DNA of 64,000 nucleotides, taken from NCBI RefSeq assembly GCF_006345805.1, contig NC_043005.1:72726001-72790000 (forward strand), written 5' to 3'. Positions 51,738-64,000 of this stretch are shown here, piece after piece. The notes below the pieces were generated by a model. The model was not told the DNA's origin, ran no database searches, and saw only the letters and a program-made list of their open reading frames with translations. A program made the translations under genes and the position numbers. How positions within the stretch are numbered: position 1 is the stretch's first letter; each line of letters begins with the position of its first letter. This DNA comes from Octopus sinensis. Lineage: Eukaryota.

Positions 51738-52990
51738 TTATTATTATTATTATTATTATTATCATTATTATTATCATCATCATTATTATTCTTACTATTA
51801 TTATTATTATTATTATTATCATCATCATCCTTATTATTCTTACTATTATTATTTTTGTTATTTTTGTTATTATTATTACTATTATTATTAAGGCACTGAA
51901 CTCACAGAACCATTAAGCAGTTGGACTGATTGCTGAGCAGCATTGAGTCTGAGTTCAAATTCCAGTTAAGTCAACTTTGCCTTTTGTCCTTTCAGGGTTG
52001 ATAAACTAAAGTTCTGGGGTTGCTATAAACGACAAGCCTCCTTCCCTTGTGTCTATGTCTATAAGATAAAGAATTATTACTATTTGCATATTCTTTTGTA
52101 AGTCTGGTATTTATTCTATTGACTTCTTTTGCTGAAATGCTAAGTTAGAGGGATACAAACAAACCAACACTGATTCTCAAGCAATATAGTACAGACAAGC
52201 ACAAACACAATGAGATACACACACACACAAACATGCTCATATATGACAAGTTTCGGCACAGTTTCCATCTACAAGATTCACACATAAAGCATTGATCAAT
52301 TCTTAGCTACAGTAGAAGACACTTGACCAAGGTGCCATACTGGGGGACTGAACCCAAATCTACATAACTGCAATGTTGCATTGAAGGCTTCTTAACCACA
52401 CAGCCACGCTTGTTAATGTTTGAAGACGAAAGAATCTAATTGAAGATGATCCCTTCGTTAAAGATAGAGGAGTAACAAATTATCTTAACTGTACAATTAA
52501 CATGCTGTTCAATACTTCAGAGGTTAGAGTTCACTTATTGATTTCTTAATTGGCACAAGGCTCTGAATGTGTAGTGAAGGAATAAAGATGATTGAAGTGA
52601 CCTTCATAAATAATCTAATATATAATGCAGTTGGCGAACAATAGCATCTTTGACTAACAGGTCTTCAATGAGCCAATCACCGGTTCATTGCATTTCTGAA
52701 GGGGAGAATGACAAGGGTTTATATGTGCAACTTGGAGCATAGCAAATACCGAACAGAACATTTTTATTTGAAAGTACCTGGTTTGCACACTTCTTGCCAA
52801 AAGATACACGCTCACATACATGCTAACACATGCATAGCCATATATATGCATATATATATAAATATATGTATGTATAATTACTACAAAGCATACACACACA
52901 CACATACACAACGGCAACAATCGTCAATTTCTTGAAAATGGGGTCATAACCCTGAAATATTGAATACAAGGTATACATTAATTCACATAT

Positions 52991-53027
<37 letters not shown>

Positions 53028-53430
53028 TAGATAGATATACATATATATATATATGTATATACAGGTGTTTTGCAAACAAAGCATGTATATATACATATAT
53101 AAATTATATAAATATAACAATATAAATGTATATATATATATATTTGTATATGTATGTATAAATAAATATATATGTATATATATATGTATGTATGTAATAT
53201 ATATATAATATACAATATAATATTATATATATATATATATACCAACAATTGAGGTAAAATTAATTAATCAATCAATTTCACCAAGTGTTCAGTATGTAAA
53301 AGGACCATTTAAGGCGAATTCAAAATATTCATTATATAATTAGGGCTTAGTAAAATAAATTACTTTGCCACATACTAAGTTCAGTATGTGGCAAAGTAAT
53401 TTATTTTACTAAGCCCTAATTAATAATGTA

Positions 53431-53464
<34 letters not shown>

Positions 53465-53483
53465 CATATATATATATATATAT

Positions 53484-54205
53484 GGGACGAGGTGGTGAAG
53501 CACGACCTTCGAACTTTAGGTCTCACTGAGGAAATGTACTAGAGACCGAGACCTCTGGAAGTGTGCTGTCGCGAGAAGACCTGGCAGGACAAGTGAGTCC
53601 ACAACCCGTGGCCTTCTACATGGGATGGAGCCAGCCTACGTATGCATACCTTCCCTTCTTGGGACACAAAACTCTACTTGTGAAGACGTGTGAGGCAAGT
53701 GAGGATCAGAATCGAAATCGATCAATGGAAATGCGGATGGCTACCAGTGCCTGGTGGCATGTCGAAACTCTGCTGTGAAGACCCTTGAGGCAAGTGAGGA
53801 TCAGAATCGAAATCGATCAATGGAAATCGATCAATGGAAATCGATCAATGGAAATTGCAGATGTGTTACCAGTGCCGGTGGCATGTAAGAGAACTTTCCG
53901 TTTCGCGACCGTTGCCAGCACCGCCCCGTTTCGTGTCCGTGCCAGCCTCGCCTGGCCCTCGTGCCGGTGGCACATAAAAAGCACCATCCGTTCGTGGCCG
54001 TTTGCCAGCTCTGTCTGGCACCAGTGCAGGTGGCACGTAAAAAGCACCCACTACACTCACGGAGTGGTTGGCGTTAGGAAGGGCATCCAGCCGTAGAAAC
54101 ACTGCCAGATTTGACTGGGCCTGATGAAGCCTTCTGGCTTCACAGACCCCAGTAGAACCGTCCAACCCATGCTAGCATGGAGAGCGGACGCTAAATGATG
54201 ATGAT
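53484..54205 (+). mobile_element. RTE-like LINE 3' end with long 3'UTR (source of Family C)
   Basis: WDEVVKHDLRTLGLTEEM..RDRDLWK..VREKT C-terminus (with a frameshift) continues into the Family C sequence and (ATG)n tail. Confidence 0.8.
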
Positions 54206-54207
54206 AT

Positions 54208-54416
54208 ATGTAACGGTTTTTAAATCAAAGCTGGACATCTTCCTGTCGAGAGCCCCAGATGAACCTACCTCACGGCAAGAGGTGCAAATGAAAGTAGCTA
54301 TATCAAACTCCATTCTTCACCAAGTGCCACATATTAGACGAGTTCTTCGCAATTACAGTGTAGCACAAAACGGCGGTGCATCAGCATGGCCGCAGCTCTG
54401 AGCTGAAACTAGAGAG

Positions 54417-54420
<4 letters not shown>
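54208..54420 (+). mobile_element. CR1-like LINE 3' end
   Basis: FKSKLDIFLSRAPDEP..SNSILHQ C-terminus; tail ggcggtgcatcagcatggccgcagctctgagctgaaac, also present alone at ~4660-4710. Confidence 0.7.
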
Positions 54421-54463
<43 letters not shown>

Positions 54464-54584
54464 TGTATGTATATACATATAATATATATATACATACGTA
54501 TATATATAGATATATGTATATACATATATATATATATGTATTACATATATATATATGGATATATATATATATATATGTATATAC

Positions 54585-54615
<31 letters not shown>

Positions 54616-54752
54616 TATACATATATAATATAAATGTATATACATATATATATATGTATATATATATATTAATGTATTACAAATATATATGATTATATAT
54701 ATATATAATGTATATACATAATATATATATATATAGATATATATATATATAT

Positions 54753-54806
<54 letters not shown>
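54420..54806. repeat. (TA)n microsatellite
   Basis: Seen directly. Confidence 0.95.
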
Positions 54807-54807
<1 letters not shown>

Positions 54808-55711
54808 AAGATAATAGAGAGGACTGAATGTACCAACAAAAAAATTTATATCACAACAATTGTTTCATCATGTGGTGTGATGGAGCGTGTTTTATAGGGG
54901 GATCTGTGAGCATTATGTGAGGGTGTGAATGTGGCTGTATCTGTGTTTGGTGTGTGTGTGTGTGTGCGTGTGTGCGTGCATGCACATGCTCTATGGAGGG
55001 AGGCAGTGTTGATGTGATCTCTGTATGTGTCCGGCTGAGTGAATTTTTGTGCCATGAGGGATGTATTCGCCCACACCGGTTAATTAGCATATGTGATGCC
55101 AATTCATCTGAGCATGGAGATGCAGAAATATCCTTTGATGGTGTCAGGGGTCACAGTACAATCACTGGGTGTCACAGCATCCTTCTAGGAGAAGGACACA
55201 CTGTTGTAAAACCTGTGATTTTATGTAATTACAGGTCATCTCACTTCAGCATATCTCTAGTTACCAATCCCAGAAACTCAGAGAGTGACACTCATACTGT
55301 AGAAGCATTTAGCACTGTAATCCAATGACATTCAGCTGTATCTCTATGGTTACCTCATTTGTTATTCCATCTACTGAAAGTGCTATGGTTATGGAAGAGT
55401 GGTTACACATGCAGACCTAGCCAGCTGGATGTGCACATTAAGTTATAACTCACGTCTATCACCTATACTTCAAACTATGTAGATCTACAACAGGACTAAA
55501 TAGTCATCTGGGATGTCATGAATGGAAAGTCAGAAATGCAGTAGACAATGAGGAAGCAGGAGACAGCAATCACCAAATATGTATATTTATAAACTCTGCG
55601 ATGAATTGAGAAGCGAATTCAAAGAAATGTAGGAATAGAAGATATGAAGTTGAGAAGGCACAGAAAATATTAGAGTTATATAAAATTTAATTATATTTTT
55701 AAATATATATT

Positions 55712-55940
55712 TCTTTCCTACCCACAAGGGGCTAAACACAGAGGGGATAAACAAGGACAGACAAACGGATTAAGTCGATTACATCGACCCCAGTGCATAA
55801 CTGGTACTTAATTTATCGACCCCGAAAGGATGAAAAGCAAAGTCGACTTCGGCGGAATTTGAACTCAGAATGTAACGGCAGACGAAATACGGCTACGCAT
55901 TTCGCCCGGCGTGCTAACGTTTCTGCCAGCTCGCCACCTT
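55712..55940 (-). mobile_element. SINE family B monomer, low divergence
   Basis: CpG-retaining copy: gcatttcgcccggcgtgctaacgtttctgccagctcgccacc. Confidence 0.9.
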
Positions 55941-56111
55941 TATTATATTTTTAAATATAGGAATACACTGGACCAGTTTCACATTAGATTTTCAAAAGCG
56001 TATAGTGTACATAGTGTGTCACACACTATGTCTGTTCTTGGCATTGTTGTAAAAATTGTTTGAAAGATAAATAGAAAGATAGATAGCTAGAGAGACAGTC
56101 AGATATATATA

Positions 56112-56645
56112 TCATCATCATCATCATCATCATCACCATCGTCGTCGTTTAACGTCCCCTTTCCATGCTAACATGGGTTGGACGATTTGACTGAGGTCTG
56201 GCGAACCAGACTCCAATCTGATCCGGCAGAGTTTCTACAGCTGGATGCTCTTCCTAACACCAGCCACTCCGAGAGCGTAGTGGGTGCTTTTGCATGCCAC
56301 CAGCACAAGGGGCAGTTTGGTGGTACTGGCAATGACCATGCTTAAATGGTGCTTTTTATGTACCACCTGCACAGGAGCCAGTCCAGCAGCACTGGCAACA
56401 GCCTCACTCGAATGTTTTTTAACGTGCCCCCAGCACAAGTGCTAGTAAGGCGACGCAGGTAACAATCACGCTTGAATGGTGTTTTTAACATGCCATCGGC
56501 ACAAAGGCCAGCTTGTTGCACTGGTAATGATCTCAGTCATATGGTACTCTTAGCGCTCCACTGGTAACGGATGCTAGTCACCCAGATTGATTTCGATTTT
56601 ACTTGCCTCAACAGGTCTTCGTAATCGAGTTTGATTTCGATTTCA
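56112..56645 (-). mobile_element. Family C LINE-tail copy
   Basis: (CAT)n tail at 56112; internal gtgctttt repeats; gatttcgatt end. Confidence 0.85.
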
Positions 56646-57647
56646 ATATATACAAAAGTGAACACACATACACAAGATGTGTGTGTTGTTAGTCTGTGGT
56701 TCAGCTGCATTTTAGGTATAAGAGAATTCTTTCTCAATGCCCCTGGTCTAAGTTATAGGCAAGCAAGACATCTCACATCAGGTTCGTTCTTGGAGCAACA
56801 AACATCGATGTTTCGGTGTAGTTATGACTTTTCAATGCTATCTACCAAGCAAAGCCAGCTGCAAGCTATATTGCCAACTTTAACTGTATGCTAAATGGTT
56901 TAGGAACCATCTGCTGGCATGTCCCAACGTTTCATGCCATGGTTCTGCTCCTCACCATCTTCATGTAAGTCCACACACGCGCACATCTTTTCTCCTCTTG
57001 TCACCCATTCTGTCTCCCCCACTTCTTAAGCCTTATACTTACCACTATTCCATAAATGCCTTCTCAGAGACAACAACCCCTAGAATTACCTTCCTGTCCT
57101 CACTTTATCTAATTACATCAACAAAAAGCCATCCAATCTAAGCAACACCTGGTTTAATTGTACCATTCTTAAAGGGACTCTGAAATTCATCAGCATAATA
57201 CTTTTTACCTGGCAAAGGAAGACAAAAGAGAAAAATAAGAGAAGACCTTTAATTATATCTGGAAAGAAAAACATGATAGTCTTATTTAGAATTGTCTTTG
57301 GTTATGATGCTGCTAGGTCAGGGTTCACCTGAGGTCAAAAGTTAACAACAGAAACAGACGTCTGTTGAAAAAGGTTACATTGAATTTTTATTATTGTCAG
57401 CTCTTTTTAAATCCTGCTGAGTTCAACATTGTCTTTCATCCTTTTGAAGTTGAGAAAATAAAGTAATAGTCATATACTGGGGTCGATCAAATCAACTTTC
57501 ACCCTTCAAGATAGCTGGCCTAGAACCCTGCAATGAGTTAGCCTTCTATTCAGGGGAAATGCCTTCATCTTGGTCCCTTATGCTCCATGGAAACTGGTTA
57601 GTTGGCCTTATGAGTATTAGGGCTCAGGATAAAAGAAATATATATTA

Positions 57648-57693
<46 letters not shown>

Positions 57694-58139
57694 GAATTAG
57701 AGATAAAACCACTATTATGCAACTCAAACAGTGATAGACATAAACTAATACATAAATAACAAATAATATATACATAATTTTTTTTATATATATATATAAA
57801 ACTTATAACTAGATCTCAAAAAGTATAAAACGGATGATAAATGTATAATAGAATAAGTAAAAACACTATGTACATTTCATGGCTACAATTAAATTCGAAT
57901 TACAATTAAGTTTAAATTCAATTGAAATAAATTCGAATTAAAATTATAGTCAATCTTCAGGTTAATGATAATAGTTAAATAAATAATCAAAGAGAGTTAA
58001 ATAATATTTATTTAAGAAATAAATAAAATAATAATTTTTCTAATAGAAAAAATTCCATTAACTAAATTACAAACTTAAAACATTAGGATTATTTCCTACA
58101 ACACATTTATTATGTTAATATTTATTTTTAAGGTATATA

Positions 58140-58537
58140 TAAAAAGCACTATCCGAACGTGGCTGATGCCAGCATGCCCCGACTGGCTTCTGTGCCGGTG
58201 TCACATAAAAAGCACCATCCGAACGTGGCCGATGCCAGCGCTGCCCCGACTGGCTTCTGTGCCGGTGGCACATAAAAAGCACCATCCGAACGTTGCCAGC
58301 TTGCTCCAACCGATCGTGGCTGATGCCGGACACCCCTGGCACCTGTGCAGGTGGCACATAAAAAGCGCCCACTACACTCGCGGAGTGGTTGGCGTAAGGA
58401 AAGGCATCCAGCCGTAGAAACTCTACCAGATCAGACTGGAGCCTGGAGCAGCCCCTGGCTTCCCAGACCCCTGGTCAAACCATCCAACCCGTGCTAGCAC
58501 GGAAAATGGACGTTAAATGATGATGATGATGATGATA
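58140..58537 (+). mobile_element. Family C LINE-tail copy with ~66-67 bp internal tandem repeats
   Basis: aaaaagcac motif at 58141, 58207, 58274 and 58360. Confidence 0.88.
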
Positions 58538-59224
58538 TAACACTGTATAACAAAACTTTTGTTCTTTTTGGTCTTTGGTCAGTAAGTGTTATTTCCAATT
58601 TGCTCCCATCTAGAAATCAAAGGAAATAACTATTATTCCCTTCAAACTTTGCTTTTGTGACCTGGACATCAATGTTTTGAAACTGACCTATTTTCCATTA
58701 AATCTCAGACAGATTCAGTGCTGAGTTGCTGAATCAGAAAAACCATTATAGCAAATATTCTGCTCAACACCACAGATTTGTTTGTCTGTTGCTTGACCGT
58801 TGTCACTTGTGCATATTCCTTAGTGACTCATAAAATGTGCATTTCTGATCAAAACAGTAATTGGGGAGAATCATAGCCATGTGTCGAGATGGATTCTTTG
58901 AGGTTTGAATAAATGTAACTAAAGCAAAATTTGAAAGAAATATTAGCCATTTTTCATTCTTTCTAGGGATTAACAAATAGGATATAACAATTGCTACCCC
59001 TAGCACAAAAATTCTGTAGCACAGTGTAACACTTGGTGTCTCAGAATTAACTCTCTATTCCAGTGAAATTGGACACTATTTTTTAAAAACTCACTTTTAT
59101 TTATATTTATCATGTTTAATATTTGTTAAAAGTGTATAATTTTTTTATTTTCTTCATAATTTTATATTTTTTATATTTTTCTTATTATTCTATTTTCATT
59201 TCTGTTGGCTCTCATAAATACTGT

Positions 59225-59395
59225 CAATGACAACATTTTTACAATTCGGCTGCAATCATTTTCTCCACATCCGTCCTCAGCATGGAACAATTGTTTAACT
59301 GAGCTTAAAGAACACATTCAGTTAGCAGTGCAGGAGATAACTATTGAAATTCTTCAAAATGTGTTTCACAATTTTAAGGATAGATTTGAAATCTG
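59225..59395 (+). mobile_element. Tc1/mariner-superfamily transposase C-terminal relic
   Basis: LTELKEHIQLAVQEITIEILQNVFHNFKDRFEIC resembles DD37D/Tc1-type C-termini. Confidence 0.5.
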
Positions 59396-60283
59396 CGGAG
59401 TGGTCGGTGTTAGGAAGGGCTGTAAAATCCCTGCCAAAACAGACGCAGTAGCCAGGGGCAGATTTTTCTACCTGGCCAGCTTCTGTTAACCATCCTACCC
59501 ATGCTTGCATGGAAGATGGAGGTTAAATGATGATGATAAAGATGATGATAAGCCAGTCAACTGGCAGAATCTCTAGCATACTGGACAAAATGCCTCAGTA
59601 GCATCTCAACTGTCTTTACAATAGTGTTTCAAATTCTACCAAGGTCGGCTTTGCTTTCATCTTTTAGAGATTGATAAAGTAAGTACCAGTTGAACACTGG
59701 AGGCCATATAATTGATTTACTCTCTGCTTTAAACTTGCTGGCCTTGTGCCAAAAAATTCGAAACCAATATATGATATAGATTATAATAGCGATACAAAGC
59801 TTTATATTATAATATATAAAATAAATTATACCGCGATACAAAGCCTTATATATAGTAGTTGGCAATCTAATACTTTGTTAATCTTTCTCTCCCTTTCTAT
59901 CTTTCCTGTATTATTCATTATTCTACTTCTACCACAGCCATTGGTGATTCCAAAGATGTTTCTTTTAATATGAACATTACATTTACATTCCTGAATCCAA
60001 AGAGCCTCAATACTACCGAAATGTTCTTCAGATAACTGCTTACATCAGTGTAGTGTAAATGTGCATACATAGTAACATTAAAAATAAAAGCTTTTTAAAT
60101 TGATATAGATAACACCAGACAAAACTCTTCAAATGTGCCTTTGACTAATACGAACACACACTTACATAGACACACGTGTACGTACACACACACACACACA
60201 CATATATATAGATACATATACAAACACACACACATACATGCATATATGGTGCATGCATGTGTGTGTATGGTTTTGCATATGGG

Positions 60284-60330
<47 letters not shown>

Positions 60331-60397
60331 TTATATGCATATATGTATATATATACATGTATATATGTATATATATGTGTATATGTATGTATATAAC

Positions 60398-60442
<45 letters not shown>

Positions 60443-61071
60443 ATATATGTGTATATATATATGTGTATATATGTATATATGTGTGTGTGTTTGAGCATGT
60501 ATGCATGTGTATATGTGTGCAAGTGTGTGTGTGTGTGCATGTGTGTGTATATGTGTACATGTTTGTGTGTATGTAAGTGCATATATGTGCACATGTGGGT
60601 ATATGTGTTCAGATTAATGTGTGCTGGTGTATGTACATGTCTGTGCATTTGTGTGCAAGAATAATACATGTGTGCATGTGTGTGTGTGTGTGTGTATGTA
60701 TTTTTTTTTAATTGAATGGCATAGGGTGAGGAATTTCTAAAAGAGAGCCATCAATAAAATTCAGATGGCATGTAAAAACTGTGACCGAAAGCTTTATTTC
60801 CAATGACCTGTGTGAACATCTGATAGCATATTTGAAATCACTCAGCTGGATAATAGACACTGAGAAGTAATTGATTATTCATTGATAACCATTCTCTCCA
60901 CAGAAGAATCCTCTCTTAACGTTTCATCACTGCCGCCATCATCACCATCACCATCACCACCACCACCACCGCCGCCGCTGCCACCACTGCTACCATTGAC
61001 TACCAATTCAAACATCACCACTTAACTAAACTAAAAGCACCGTTGCAGATACTAATGTTACTACCATTGCA

Positions 61072-61115
<44 letters not shown>

Positions 61116-61389
61116 CAACACTACCACCAGCATCACCACCATCGCTGCCACCACCACCACCACCATCGTCGGCACCATCTTGGTGGTGGTGTTGTGTCAG
61201 CAGAATTGTCAGAGTTACAGACAAAATGAATATGGTTTTTAGTTACAGGTCTTTATGTTTTCTGAGTTCAAATTATGCTGAGGTCAAATTTGCCTTTCAT
61301 ACTTCTCGGGGTCGACATAATAAAGTACCAGTCAAGTACTGAGTTTGATTTTATATTCCTATTTAATGCATCTTAGATGTGAATGGAAT

Positions 61390-61839
61390 TAAAATAAAGT
61401 GGAATAATGCCACCACCACCACCACCATCACCTTCACCAACTTCACCACAACCATCACCCCCGACACCACCATTATCACTACTGCTGCTGTTGCTGCTAC
61501 CACCGCTGCTACCCCCCACTATCACCGCCGCCACCCCCATCGCCACCACCACTCACTACCAAATCAACCGTCACCACTTACCAAAAATAACAGCACTATT
61601 GCAGCTACTAATGTCACTACCAATGCAATTACTATCAACAACACATTACTATCTCCACCATCAGTACCACCACCACCACCACCACCACCACCACCACTAC
61701 CACTCCCTACCACCGTTACTACCGTTTCCAACATCAATACCATTAACTACTACCACCGCTGCCATCAGCCTCCACCACCTCTACCTTCAACATTTTCATC
61801 ACCATTGCTTTCACTATCATCACTACCACAACCACCACC

Positions 61840-61871
<32 letters not shown>

Positions 61872-62030
61872 CACTACCACCGTTACTACCGTTTCCAACA
61901 TCAATACCATTAACTACTACCACCACTGCCATCAGCCACCACCACTTCTACCATCACCATTGCTTTCACTATCATCACCACCACCACCACCACCACCATC
62001 ACCACAACCACCATACCATCACTAATGTTA
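61390..62030. repeat. Cryptic (CAC)n tract with an internal ~50 bp duplication
   Basis: accgttactaccgtttccaacatcaataccattaactactaccac occurs at ~61712 and ~61879. Confidence 0.9.
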
Positions 62031-62467
62031 TTGTCATTTGTGATAAGACTTAGTGGTTTAGTTTATAATCTGTTTGAGTGAGTAACAAGAGCAACTTTTA
62101 CACATTCAAATATTTTCTTGGAGACTTTCATAATTATTCTTCTGAATACTTTTAAATACTTTCCTAAACTTTAATTCTTTGTTATATGGACATAAAACCA
62201 CAGGAGACAAGAATGGTTTCAAATTTTAGTACTGGGCCAGTAATTTTAAGAGAAGGGTAAAGTCGTTTGCACCAAACTCCAGTCAGGGCCAGATTAAGAC
62301 CCATTGAGGCCTTAAGCTCTTAAAAGATTTTGGTGCCACCATATATATGTAATTCTAAATATAAACAATAATAAACCATAACATGATGTTTTTTTTCTGT
62401 TTTGTTTATCAAAATGAAACAAAGCTAACGGTAAGATAGGAAAAGATGTTTATTTTATCTTTTTATG

Positions 62468-62883
62468 CTCTTTTACTCTTTTAGTCTTTTATTTGTTTCA
62501 GTCATTTGACTGTGGCCATGCTGGAGCACCACCTTTAGTTGAGTAAATCGACCCCAGGACTTATTCTTTGTAAGCCTAGTACTTATTCTATTGGTAGCTT
62601 TTGCCGAACCGCTAACTTACGGGGATGTAAACACACCAGCATTGGTTGTCAAGCGATGTTGGTGGGAAAACACAGACACACAAACATATACACACATACA
62701 TACATACATATATAAGCATATATACAACGAGCTTCTTTCAGTTTCCATCTACCAAATCCACTCACAAGGCTTTGGCCGGCCCAAGGCTATAATAGAAGAC
62801 ACTTACCCAAGGTTCCACGAAGTGGGACTGAACCCGGAACCATGTGGTTCATAAGCAAGCTACTTACCACACAGCCACTCCTA
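62468..62883 (-). mobile_element. SINE family A, full length
   Basis: Reverse complement of the consensus. Confidence 0.9.
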
Positions 62884-62934
62884 TGCCTATTTCATATTTC
62901 AAAAGGTTTCTCCTACTCTTTTCTCATTGTAAAA

Positions 62935-63165
62935 CATATTTCTTTACTACCCACAAGGGGCTAAGCACAGAAGGGACAAACAAGGACAAACAAATGGATT
63001 AATTCGATTATATCGACCCCAGTGGATAACTGGTACTTAATTTATCGACCCTGAAAGGATGAAAAGCAAAATCGACCTTGGCGGAGTTTGAACTCAGAAC
63101 GTAACGGCAGACAAAATACGGCTACGCATTTCGCCCGGTGTGCTAACGATTCTGCCAGCTCGCAG
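62935..63165 (-). mobile_element. SINE family B monomer
   Basis: Same consensus as 55712-55940. Confidence 0.9.
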
Positions 63166-63630
63166 AGAGAGATGGCAGCTATGTGCTGGTTTTGCATGAG
63201 GAGATTGAATAGAAAAACATTGAGTGGCATCATGATGGGAGATGATAGTAGCTGGAGACTTAACAGGATTATAAGTGAGACCTAAACCTACATCTAGGTA
63301 TATATATATTTGTGAGTGTGTGTGTGTATGTGTTGCAACAACCAACAGTCAGAGAGTTGCCTACACCAACTGTTGGAGAGTTACTGCTACTGCTGCTAAC
63401 CCCTCAGCCAGTCGTTGGTGAGTTCCCTAAACCAACAGTTAGAGGTTTGCTTACACCAATGTTTGGAGAGTTGATTACACCAACAGTTGGAGAGTAACTG
63501 CTGCTGCTGCTACCATATGATCGAGGAGTTTGAGCAGGGCAACAGACCCTGTGTAACTGGACATTTCCCCAGTTGTTTTCACCTGAGGATGGGCCTTTGT
63601 GCCTGAAATATAAAGGATTTTGTAAAACTT

Positions 63631-63766
63631 TCCACATTGTTCTGGGTTCATTCCCACTGCATGGCACCTTGGGCAAGTGTCTTCTACTGTAGCTTTGGGC
63701 CAACCAAAGTCTTGTGAGTGGATTTGGTAGACAGAAACTGAAAGAAGCCTGTCATATATATGTGTA

Positions 63767-63828
<62 letters not shown>

Positions 63829-64000
63829 TATACATACATATATGTATGTAGGTGTATATGTTTGTGTGTCTGTGTTTGTCCCCCCACAACATCGCTTGAT
63901 AACCGATGCTGGTGTGCTTACGTCCCCGTAACTTAGCAGTTTGGCAATAGAGACCGATAGAATAAGTACTAGGCTTACAAAGAATAAGTCCTGGGGTCGA
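63631..64000 (+). mobile_element. SINE family A, truncated by window end
   Basis: gggttcattcccactgcatggcaccttgggcaag...aagaataagtcctggggtcga. Confidence 0.88.

Noticed and set aside
56716-56964. ttttag...gtaagt-bounded segment with a hydrophobic end (MLNGLGTICWHVPTFHAMVLLLTIF)
   Set aside because: Stops in all frames from the acceptor; the minus strand hints at a decayed LINE endonuclease start. Unresolved and unsupported.
58140-58385. Repeat-spacer-like periodicity resembling a CRISPR array
   Set aside because: Intervening sequences are homologous to each other, the context is a eukaryotic LINE 3'UTR and there are no cas genes.

Overview
Eukaryotic, AT-rich, repeat-saturated genomic DNA. 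The repeat landscape (huge TA/CA/AAT microsatellites, several tRNA-type SINE families, RTE/CR1/R4 LINEs, Penelope-like elements) suggests an octopod cephalopod; this is inference, not a database result. I found no complete host protein-coding gene, and most ORF-track entries are microsatellite read-throughs. Supported content: four degenerate Penelope-like (GIY-YIG) elements; fragments of RTE, CR1-like and R4/Dong LINEs; internally deleted hAT and mariner transposons; a non-autonomous Helitron; dozens of SINE copies; and one CpG-rich promoter-like island (~45.7-46.2 kb) with NRF1/ETS-type motifs. The most interesting signals are: (i) several repeat families carrying minimal type-I hammerhead ribozyme motifs, including an element with a tRNA-derived Pol III head plus a hammerhead, joined head-to-head to a Penelope ORF fragment; (ii) recurrent fold-back palindromes, some centred on microsatellites; (iii) an RTE insertion with a twin-priming-like inverted 5' segment between 15-16 bp target-site duplications; (iv) an AAT-microsatellite-targeted R4/Dong cluster. 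Coordinates were read by eye and repeat boundaries are approximate.
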